Shown: in pieces, positions 48,713 through 56,736 of the stretch
Layout of the letters: each line of letters opens with the position of its first letter
How positions within the stretch are numbered: the first letter of the stretch is position 1
Assembly: GCA_964291495.2 (NCBI GenBank)
Contig: OZ219871.1
Span: 896,001-960,000, forward strand
Direction of reading: 5' to 3'
Origin: Dehalococcoidia bacterium
GTDB lineage: Bacteria > Chloroflexota > Dehalococcoidia > UBA2979
Length of the DNA stretch: 64,000 bases
Program-made: the position numbers and the translations under genes
Notes under the pieces: generated by a model
What the model was told of the DNA's origin: nothing
Database searches by the model: none
The model's input: only the letters and a program-made list of their open reading frames with translations

Positions 48713-49098
48713 ATTGTTCCCTCTTTCTTGGAGGTACTCATTTCGTTGTTGCGTTCCACTTCTCGCTGCCCGATCGCCCTCCTTGTACGGGGCTTCCGCT
48801 TGCGGGTGGGCCGTATCCGGGGGGCTTGCGCCGCCGCTCGAGCTGGACGCCGCAAGCAAATCGCTCACGCGGGGGATACCCCGCTGGCGCCGTCCCGCCG
48901 GCCCGTTCCGCTGGAAGCCTGTCCTTCCTCCCGCGCCTGCCTCGACGCGCACGGGACGCCTCGCGCCCCGGACGGCAAGGCCCGGCACATGGGGAGTAAC
49001 GCGCGGGGACGCCCTCGGGTTAACTCCGGGGCCGCCCCGCGAGCGGTCCTCGCCACCCCCGTTTGTAGCGAAGGCGTGGGTTGCCGTCCACTCGGCAA

Positions 49099-49213
49099 GG
49101 GGGGGTTCCCCCCCACACCCCCCCAGCACGATCCACTCTGGCTTCGTGGGGCTGCGGGGGTGGTGTGTGGGTTTTGTGCAGGGTGGGCTGCGGGCTCATC
49201 GCCCGCAGGCGCT
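49099..49213 (-). repeat. Right ~115-bp inverted repeat
   Basis: Reverse complement aligns along 45854-45963. Confidence 0.88.
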
Positions 49214-49214
49214 T

Positions 49215-49785
49215 GCCCGGGGCGGGCTGCGCCCGCTCCGGTCTCCTCTCCCCTTCCGGTCCCCTCTCCCCGAGGGAGAGGGCGGGGGGTGAGGGGGTCC
49301 GGTTCCGGCTCCCTCCCCCCTCGCGGGGGAGGGCGGGGGGTGAGGGGGAGCGCGCGCAGCGCGCCCTCCGGCCCCGCCGGAGTCCCCCTCACCCTAACCC
49401 TCTCCCTCCGGGGGAGAGGGGACCGGAGGCGGAGGCGCGCGGGAGTCCTCCCCCTCACCCCCGCCCTCTCCCTCGGGGAGGGGACCGGACCCGTCCCCTC
49501 CGTCATTCCGGCGAACGCCGGAATCCAGGCACCGCCGGCCAGCGCCATCCTCGGAAGTCTCGTGCGCCCTCGGGGGCGGGCTGCGCCCGCCGGAGTCCCC
49601 CTCACCCTAACCCTCTCCCTCCAGGGGAGAGGGGACCGGAGGCGGAGGGGACCGGGATCCGGCTCCCTCTCCCCTCGCGGGAGAGGGCGGGGGGTGAGGG
49701 GGAGCGCGCGCAGCGCGCCCTCCGGCCCCGCCGGAGTCCCCCTTACCCTAACCCTCTCCCTCCGGGGGAGAGGGGATCGGAGGGT
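49215..49785. repeat. Repeat cluster 4
   Basis: Several CCCCTCACCCTAACCCTCTCCC..GGGGAGAGGGG copies and a CGTCATTCCGG palindrome. Confidence 0.92.
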
Positions 49786-49800
49786 TGGGTGCGGCGGCGG

Positions 49801-51006
49801 CTACTCCCCGCCGGCGACGATGCAGACGAGGTCCTCTTGCTCGAACGAGGAGTAGCCCTCGCAGACGTAGCCGTCGCCGTCGTGGTCGAACTCGAGCGGC
49901 ACGCGGAAGTCCGGGAAGCCGCCGCCGGCGGCGAGCGCGCGGGCCGGGATGTAGCGCGCCGCCTCCAGGCAGGAGCCGTAGGCGAGCGCCAGCATGTTCG
50001 CGCGCTCCCGCTCCGCCCAGGTCTCGAACTCCGAGTAGAAGCGCACCAGCTCCACCCCGAACGCCGCCTCGAACGCCCCGTGCAGCTCCGCGCCGGCGAG
50101 GACGTCCTCGTAGAACTCCAGCCAGTCCTCGAACGTCCCGTAGTTCTCGACGGCGAACAGCATCGCCGCCGCCATCAGGTCGTCGTGCGCGCGGCCGGCG
50201 CGGAAGTCCGTGGCGAGCTGGTGGAAGATCGCCGAGCGGTAGCGATCGTCGCGCACGCTGGGCCGCTCGCCGTTCAGGTACCAGAACCAGTAGTACTCGA
50301 AGGTGGCGACGCCGACCCAGCGCACGGGCACGTAGGGGACCTCCACGGCGCGGATCAGCCACTCCCTGGCGATCGCCGCCGTGTCCGTGCGGCACTCCGG
50401 CCCGAAGAACATGTGCTGCCCGTGCTGGAAGGAGCAGGTGCTGGGCAGCTCCTCGAGCTTCTCGCCGAAGGCGTCCTGATAGCGCACGTTGAGGCCGCCG
50501 GTGGAGTAGGCGATGTTGAGCGTGATCGGGCCCTGGTGGGTGAGGCCGAACCGCGTGTTGGCGTCCTTGATGATCGCGCGCAGCTCGGTGGTGATGGCGC
50601 GTTGCGCCGAGCGCTGGTCCGACATGCCGCGCACCGAGCAGCAGCTCGCGCGCCCGGTCGGCGCCTCGCCGGGCGGGAAGAACGGCGTGGCCGCCGGCCC
50701 GACGACGAAGGTCGGTTGCCGGACCTCGTCGACCTCGAAGGTCACGGGCACGGAGAAGCTGACGGGGTCGCTGACGAGCAGGCCGTCGGCCTCGGGGGAC
50801 TCGTGCAGCGAGACGAGGTAGTCGTGTGTGGTCCACTGCTTGCCTTCCTGGCGAGTGCTGACGAAGGCGGCGCGGATCTCGGGAGCGAGCCAGAACTGCA
50901 GCTCGAGGGTGGTGCTGGTCTCGATGGTGCGGGTGGCGGCGAAGGCGCTGAGCCCTCCGGCGATGGTCAAGATGGCGGCGAGCGCGGCGATGACGGCGTG
51001 TTTCAT
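49801..51006 (-). CDS. Secreted protein with C-terminal Excalibur calcium-binding domain
   Basis: Signal peptide; YGSCLEA...DHDGDGYVCE. Confidence 0.75.
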   Translation of the reverse strand: MKHAVIAALAAILTIAGGLSAFAATRTIETSTTLELQFWLAPEIRAAFVSTRQEGKQWTTHDYLVSLHESPEADGLLVSDPVSFSVPVTFEVDEVRQPTFVVGPAATPFFPPGEAPTGRASCCSVRGMSDQRSAQRAITTELRAIIKDANTRFGLTHQGPITLNIAYSTGGLNVRYQDAFGEKLEELPSTCSFQHGQHMFFGPECRTDTAAIAREWLIRAVEVPYVPVRWVGVATFEYYWFWYLNGERPSVRDDRYRSAIFHQLATDFRAGRAHDDLMAAAMLFAVENYGTFEDWLEFYEDVLAGAELHGAFEAAFGVELVRFYSEFETWAERERANMLALAYGSCLEAARYIPARALAAGGGFPDFRVPLEFDHDGDGYVCEGYSSFEQEDLVCIVAGGE

Positions 51007-51105
51007 GGTTCCAGCTCCCTCGCAGGGTCGCGTCGAGCGTAGCGCTCCGCGCCCCGCCGGACCCTGACCCATCGAGGGCAGCGCAGCGCTGTCTGCCTGT
51101 CTTGG

Positions 51106-52125
51106 GCCCCTCCGGTCCCCTCTCCCCGAGGGAGAGGGTTAGGGTGAGGGAGGATCCCGGCGGGTGGCAGGTGAGGGAGGATCCGCCCTCTGGAGTTCCG
51201 TTGCGCCCTCGGGCGTTCTTGCCCGGCGGGCGCCGGACGAGCGCGCTGCGCGGCTCGGCTGGATTCCGGCTTTCGCCGGAATGACGGGGAGAGGGAGCCG
51301 GAATGACGGGGAGAGGGAGCCGGAATGACGGGCGCCCTCGTCCGGCCCCTCTCCTGGGGGAGAGGGAGTGCTTCGTGGGGGGAGACCCCCCACACCCCCG
51401 CGGGTGAGGGGGCTCGCCCGGCCGTCGCGATCCTCGAAGGGTTGGTGCGCCCTCGGGGCGGGCTGCGCCCGCCTCCCCCTCACCCTCCGCCCTCTCCCGC
51501 CGGGGGAGAGGGGACCGGATCCGGCTCCCTTTCCGTCATTCCGGCGAATGCCGGAATCCAGGCTCGGCAGACACGCGAGCGCCCTCGGAAGGTTGTTGCG
51601 CCCTCGAGGGCGGGCTGCGCCCGACTCCCTCTCACCCCCGCCCTCTCCCGCCGGGGGAGAGGGGACCGGATCCGGCTCCCTTTCCGTCATTCCGGCGAAC
51701 GCCGGAATCCAGGCTCGGCAGACACGCGAGCGCCCTCGGAAGGTTGTTGCGCCCTCGAGGGCGGGCTGCGCCCGACTCCCTCTCACCCCCGCCCTCTCCC
51801 GCGGGGGGAGAGGGAGCCGGACCGGCCCTCGGAAGGTTCGTGCGCCCTCGGGCTGGCGCGCCGGCGGCGCGCTCCCCCTCACCCTCCGCCCTCTCCCGCC
51901 GGGGGAGAGGGGACCGGACCGGCCCTCGGAAGCTCTGTGCGCCCTCGGGAGCTCCGGGTGGGGGTGTGGGGGCGTGGCCCCCACGAAGGGGGGCGCGGGG
52001 CGCAGCCCCGCTGCCGTTGAGGGCGGGTGGGTGGGGCGAGCCGCGCGCCGCGCGCGCGCTCTGTCCGGCGTGCGCCTCCCTCACCCTCCGCCCTCTCCCT
52101 CGGGGGGAGGGGACCGGAGCCGGCC
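51106..52125. repeat. Repeat cluster 5 (~1 kb), with a 151-bp tandem duplication
   Basis: AGGTTGTTGCGCCC at 51590 and 51741; all module types present. Confidence 0.92.
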
Positions 52126-52149
52126 TCGGCACGTGGTGACATGGGCGGC

Positions 52150-52181
52150 TTGACGCGTCCTTGGCACATCTGTTCTAGTAC
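52150..52181 (+). promoter_or_regulatory. Candidate promoter with LexA-box-like site
   Basis: TTGACG at 52150; GCAC-ATCT-GTTC at 52164-52175; no clean -10 at 17-bp spacing. Confidence 0.35.
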
Positions 52182-52320
52182 GCGCCGCCGGGACGCCCTC
52201 GCGTCTCCCCTGCACGCGGAGGGCGTCCCGGCAGCGGGCGAGGCGGGAGGAGGCGCGAGGCGCGATGAACGCCGGAACGGGTTCGGGACACCACAGGCAG
52301 GGCGGAACGGAAGGAACGCA

Positions 52321-52620
52321 GTGTCGATCTTCTCGGGGCTCGCGATTGCGGGCGAGCTGGCGACCGCGGGAAGCGGAGCGGCGAACGCCGCCTGGTTCGC
52401 GCATCGCGCCGCTGCTGCGGCGGGGCCGCGGCGCCTCGCGGCGTTGCTGCTGATGCTGCTCTTCGGCGCGGTGGCGCTGGACGCGGCGGCGCACGTGCTG
52501 CCCGGGGCGCCCTCGTGGCCCTCGCTGCAGGGCGCGCTGCTGCGGCTGCCGCTGCTGGCGGCGAACGTGCTGGCCGGGATCGCGATCCTCGCGGGCCCGC
52601 GCCGGGAGCGCGCGCAGTGA
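52321..52620 (+). CDS. Small membrane protein (about three TM helices)
   Basis: GTG after AAGGA; hydrophobic; GTGA overlap with the next gene. Confidence 0.6.
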   Translation: MSIFSGLAIAGELATAGSGAANAAWFAHRAAAAAGPRRLAALLLMLLFGAVALDAAAHVLPGAPSWPSLQGALLRLPLLAANVLAGIAILAGPRRERAQ

Positions 52621-52784
52621 GCCCCGGGGCCGGCCCGCTCGCACTCGCGCTGCACGAGGAGCGCTACGAGGCCGCCGCGCTGCGGCTCGCGCTCGGCGTC
52701 CTCGCGGCGCTCGCGCGGGCGGCGGAGTCGGCGCCCGGCACGCGCGAGGAGCTGATCGCGCTGCTCGCCTCGGAGGGCGCGTGA
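52617..52784 (+). CDS. Small hypothetical protein
   Basis: GTGA overlaps at both ends; host-like codons. Confidence 0.55.
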   Translation: MSPGAGPLALALHEERYEAAALRLALGVLAALARAAESAPGTREELIALLASEGA

Positions 52785-53116
52785 GCGCAGTTGCGTCCGG
52801 AGGAGCCGGGGCGGCCGCCCGGGAGGGCTTCTACGAGTCGGCGCTGGCTGCGGCGGACGCCGCGGCGCTGCGCGAGGCGCGGACGTTGTCCGGCCTCGAC
52901 GACGAGGTTGCGCTGCTGCGGGTGCAGCTGCGGCGCGCCTTCGCGGACGCGGAGGCGGACCCGCGCACGGTGCAGGCGGGCGTGCGGCTGCTGGTGCAGG
53001 CGCTGCTCGCGCAGCACCGCCTCTCGCCGCAGCAGGCGGAGCACCTCGGCGAGGCCGTCGCGAACGTCCTCGAGGAGTTCGGCGAGGTGCTGGGCGCGGC
53101 CGGGGCGGCGGCGTGA
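52781..53116 (+). CDS. Helical protein, candidate small terminase subunit
   Basis: GFYESAL...GLDDEVALLRVQLRR; size and position upstream of terL. Confidence 0.55.
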   Translation: MSAVASGGAGAAAREGFYESALAAADAAALREARTLSGLDDEVALLRVQLRRAFADAEADPRTVQAGVRLLVQALLAQHRLSPQQAEHLGEAVANVLEEFGEVLGAAGAAA

Positions 53117-53117
53117 G

Positions 53118-53380
53118 CCTCCGAGGGCGCAACAACCGATCGAGGCGGCAGCCCCGCCGGCGAGCCTGGATTCCGGCTTCCGCCGGAATGACGGGAAGGG
53201 AGGCCGGAATGACGGGGAAGGGACCCTCCGGCCCCCTCTCCTGGGGGAGAGGGTTGGGGTGAGGGGGCTCGCCGGCCGGACTGCCGGCTCGAAGGGTTGT
53301 TTGCCCTCGGGGGTTGGGTGCGGCGGGCTGCGCCCGCCCTCCCTCACCCTCCGCCCTCTCCCTCGGGGAGAGGGGACCGG
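53118..53380. repeat. Repeat cluster 6, inside the packaging operon
   Basis: Same modules as clusters 1-5. Confidence 0.9.
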
Positions 53381-53416
53381 AAGGGACATGGAACGAAGCC
53401 GATGGAGGTAGCGGAG

Positions 53417-53650
53417 ATGGAGCGAGTGGAGACGGACCAGACGGAAGGCGCCGGCGAGCGGCTGGCGCTGGTGTTGCGGCGCATCGCGGGCGTCGAGACG
53501 CGCGACCGGCCGCCGGAGCACGACCTGCGCGCGCGCATCGACTACCTCGAGCGCGACGCCGGGGAGATGCGGATGCGGGTCAACGGCCTCTTCTTCGGCC
53601 TGATCGCGCTCGCCGCCGGCGAGATCCTGCTGCGGGCCCTGGCCGGATGA
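53417..53650 (+). CDS. Small coiled-coil protein with C-terminal TM helix
   Basis: RIDYLERDAGEMRMRVNGLFFGLIAL; GGAGGT RBS; ATGA overlap with terL. Confidence 0.6.
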   Translation: MERVETDQTEGAGERLALVLRRIAGVETRDRPPEHDLRARIDYLERDAGEMRMRVNGLFFGLIALAAGEILLRALAG

Positions 53651-55122
53651 GCGCGACGACAACGCTGGACGCGCCCGCATCCGTACCCGCCGAGACGGGG
53701 CCGCCCTCGGAAGGCGCGAGCGGGCTGCCGCGACTGCGGCCCTACCAGGCCGCGGTCGCGCGCGCCGTCCTCGAGCGCGTGTTGGGCGGCGAGGGCGGCT
53801 CGATCTCGGTGCAGATCGCGCGCCAGGGCGGCAAGAACGAGCTCTCGGCGCAGCTCGAGCTGGTGCTGCTGCTGACGCGCCAGCGCGCCGGCGGGACGAT
53901 CGTGAAGTGCGCGCCCACCTTCGAGCCGCAGGCCGCGATCTCGCGCGATCGCCTGCTGGCGCGTGCGGACGGCGCGCGCCTCGGGGCGATCGTGCGCCGC
54001 GAGGGCGCGGCGTCGGTGCGCTGCGGTCGCGCCGCCGCGCGCTTCCTCTCGGCGGGGCCGGGCGCCTCGGTGCTGGGTCACACCGCGGACCTGCTGCTGG
54101 AGGTCGACGAGGCGCAGGAGGTGCCGGCCGAGAAGTTCGACCGCGACTTCCGCCCGATGGCCGCCTCGGCCAACGCGCCGGTCGTCTTCTACGGCACGCC
54201 GTGGGGGCCTCGATCGCTGCTGGCGCAGGCCGAGGCCGCGCATCGCGAGGCGGAGCGCGCCGACGGCCGCCGTCGCTGCTTCCGCTTCGACTGGGAGCAG
54301 GTGGCGGCGCACAACCCCTCCTACGGCGCGTACGTGGAGGAGGAGCGGCGGCGGCTCGGTGAGCGCCACCCGCTGTTCCGCACGCAGTACCTGCTGGAGG
54401 AGCTGCACGAGCAGGACCGCCTGCTCGACGGGGCCGCCCTCGCGCAGATCGAGGGCGCGCACGAGCGCGTGCGCACGCCCGTGCGCGGCGAGCGCTACGT
54501 CGCCGGCCTGGATCTCGCCGGACCCGCGTTGGAGGGCGGACGAATAGCGGAACAACACGACTGGACGGTGTTGACGATCGCGCGCGTGCGCGCGGGCAGC
54601 AGGGGCGGAGCCGCCCTGCCGCTGATCGAGGTCGTCGAGCACCAGGCCTGGCAGGGCGCGCCGGCGGGCGAGCTGCTGGACGCGCTGGCGGACCGCCTCG
54701 CGCGCGTCTGGCGCGTGCGCCGCGTCGTCGTCGACGCGACCGGCCTCGGCGGCCCGGTCGCCGATCTGCTGGCGCGGCGCCTGCCCTCGGGGCGGGTCGT
54801 GCCGCTCACGTTCACGGCGGAGCGCAAGTCGCAGCTCGGCTTCGGGCTGCTGGCGGCGGTGCACTCGGGCCGGCTGCGGCTCTATCGCATCGACGGGTCG
54901 CGCGAGGCGGCGGAGTGCCGCGTGCAGCTGGAGCGTGCTCGGGCGGCCTACGGCGAGCGCGGGCAGATGCAGTTCTCCGTGGACCCCTCGGAGGGCCACG
55001 ACGACTACCTGATGAGCCTCGCGCTGGCCGTGCACGCCGCGCGCGACGAGGGCGGAGCGCGCACTGCGCGCGGCCGCACGCCGACCGACGCGATCGAGGC
55101 GGCGACGGCGGTGGCGGCGTGA
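53647..55122 (+). CDS. Phage-type terminase large subunit
   Basis: LRPYQ, Walker A ARQGGKN, Walker B LLEVDEAQ, coupling motif YGTP, nuclease GLDLAG / VVDATGLG / HDD. Confidence 0.88.
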   Translation: MSATTTLDAPASVPAETGPPSEGASGLPRLRPYQAAVARAVLERVLGGEGGSISVQIARQGGKNELSAQLELVLLLTRQRAGGTIVKCAPTFEPQAAISRDRLLARADGARLGAIVRREGAASVRCGRAAARFLSAGPGASVLGHTADLLLEVDEAQEVPAEKFDRDFRPMAASANAPVVFYGTPWGPRSLLAQAEAAHREAERADGRRRCFRFDWEQVAAHNPSYGAYVEEERRRLGERHPLFRTQYLLEELHEQDRLLDGAALAQIEGAHERVRTPVRGERYVAGLDLAGPALEGGRIAEQHDWTVLTIARVRAGSRGGAALPLIEVVEHQAWQGAPAGELLDALADRLARVWRVRRVVVDATGLGGPVADLLARRLPSGRVVPLTFTAERKSQLGFGLLAAVHSGRLRLYRIDGSREAAECRVQLERARAAYGERGQMQFSVDPSEGHDDYLMSLALAVHAARDEGGARTARGRTPTDAIEAATAVAA

Positions 55123-55499
55123 GGGCCTCGGAGGAGCCGCAGCCGGAGCTGGTGCGCGCGGACGCGCTGCCGGAGCAGGTGGAGTACCGGGACCAGGGCT
55201 GCGACCTGTTCCCCTCATGCCTGCGCTGCCCGCTGCCGCGCTGCCGCTACGACGAGCCGGGCGGGGCGCGGGCGATGCTGAATCGCATCCGCGATCGCGA
55301 GATGCGGCGGCTGCGCCGCGAGCACGCACTCCCGGTGGACGAGATCGCGCGCCGCTACCGCGTCTCGCGCCGGACCGTCTTCCGCGCCCTGCAGCACGGC
55401 CCCGCCTCGCGAGGGCGTCGCGGCGCCTCCGGAGGCGCGCACGGTCCTCGCGGCGCACGCCGGGCAGACCACGCCGATCGGAAGGAGATCGAACGATGA
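55119..55499 (+). CDS. Cys4-motif plus HTH protein
   Basis: CDLFPSCLRCPLPRC followed by VDEIARRYRVSRRTVFRAL. Confidence 0.8.
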   Translation: MRASEEPQPELVRADALPEQVEYRDQGCDLFPSCLRCPLPRCRYDEPGGARAMLNRIRDREMRRLRREHALPVDEIARRYRVSRRTVFRALQHGPASRGRRGASGGAHGPRGARRADHADRKEIER

Positions 55500-56722
55500 C
55501 ACAGGCAGCAGTCGCGCCGGCCGGCGCCACCCCGTTCCCTCGCACCCTCGCCCAGCGCGACCGGGAGCGCCTCGCCCGCTACCGCGAGTTCCTCGACTAC
55601 TACGAGGGGCGGCGGGGCGCGGCGCCGGGCGGCCCGCGCGAGCGCTCGCTGAGCTTCAACTACGCGCGCGCCTTCGTGGAGAAGGGCGCCTCCTACCTGA
55701 TGACCTCCCACCGCCCGACCGTGGTCGAGGCGGACGGCGGCAGCACCGCCGAGGCGGAGCAGGCGCTGCTCGAGCTGTGGGAGGCGAACGACCTCGAACG
55801 GCTCGACCTCGAGAGCGAGTTCGACACGGCGACGCTCGGCGACGGCGCGTTCAAGGTGAGCTGGGACGAGCAGGAGCAGCGCGTGGTGGTGAGCGCGCCG
55901 GACGTGCAGGGCCTGTACGTCTGGTGGCTGGGCGACGACGTGCGCCGCATCCGCCGCGTGGCCGCCCGCTACGAAACGCCCTCGGAAGACGCGGAGGCGC
56001 GGACGGGCCGGCTGCCGCGCGGCCCCGGCGGCCGGACGCCCGAGCGCGTCACGCTGACCGAGGTGTGGACGGCGGAGCGCTTCGAGTTGTGGGTGGAGGA
56101 CGAGCCCGTCGAGGCGCGGGCCAACCCGTACGGCGTGATCCCGTTCGTGATCTTCCCCAACACCCCGCGTCCGAAGCAGTTCTGGGGCATCTCCGACATC
56201 GAGCCGCTGCGCGAGTCGATCGTCGAACTGAATCGCGCGATGACCCAGCTGAGCCGCATCCTCGAGCTCTCCGGCAACCCGATCGCCGTCCTCGAGAACG
56301 TCGAGGAGTCACGCGGCATCGCGGTGCAGCCGGGGGCGGTCTGGGAGCTGCCGGAGGAGGCGCGCGCGTACCTCCTCGACCTGCTGCAGGGTGGCGGCGT
56401 GCGGCTGCACGCCGACTACCTCGGGCAGGTGTACCGGACGATGCACGACCTGGCGGAGATGCCGCGTATCGCGTTCGGAGACGGATCGGGCGACCGCTCC
56501 GGCGTCGCGTTGCGGCTGGAGCTGGATCCGCTGCTGCGCAAGGTCGCACGCAAGCGGTTGATCCGCAGCGCTGCGATGCGCAAGCGCGACCGGCTGATGC
56601 TGCGCGTCCTCGCGCACCACACGGGCCGCCGCTTCGAGGGCGTCCGCACCGAGATCGCCTGGTCCGCCATCTTCAGCGGCGACGAGACGGGGCTGCTCGA
56701 GGCGGCGCGAATCGCCTCGTAG
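55496..56722 (+). CDS. Phage portal protein (SPP1 gp6-like)
   Basis: DYYEG, FNYARAFVE, LGDG, NPYGVIPFVIFPN, GISDI, SGVAL; follows terL. Confidence 0.85.
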   Translation: MTQAAVAPAGATPFPRTLAQRDRERLARYREFLDYYEGRRGAAPGGPRERSLSFNYARAFVEKGASYLMTSHRPTVVEADGGSTAEAEQALLELWEANDLERLDLESEFDTATLGDGAFKVSWDEQEQRVVVSAPDVQGLYVWWLGDDVRRIRRVAARYETPSEDAEARTGRLPRGPGGRTPERVTLTEVWTAERFELWVEDEPVEARANPYGVIPFVIFPNTPRPKQFWGISDIEPLRESIVELNRAMTQLSRILELSGNPIAVLENVEESRGIAVQPGAVWELPEEARAYLLDLLQGGGVRLHADYLGQVYRTMHDLAEMPRIAFGDGSGDRSGVALRLELDPLLRKVARKRLIRSAAMRKRDRLMLRVLAHHTGRRFEGVRTEIAWSAIFSGDETGLLEAARIAS

Positions 56723-56736
56723 CCCGGCGAGGCGGA

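Noticed and set aside
48713-49098. Known riboswitch in the S-layer leader
   Set aside because: I could not match TPP, cobalamin, SAM, c-di-GMP or c-di-AMP consensus elements by eye
45737-49855. 1372-aa plus-strand ORF and other long antisense ORFs (23095-26436, 3407-5869, 33105-35930)
   Set aside because: Shadow frames of real genes in high-GC DNA; no recognisable motifs
52321-56722. Intact prophage
   Set aside because: No capsid, tail, integrase, replication or recognisable lysis genes and no visible compositional shift
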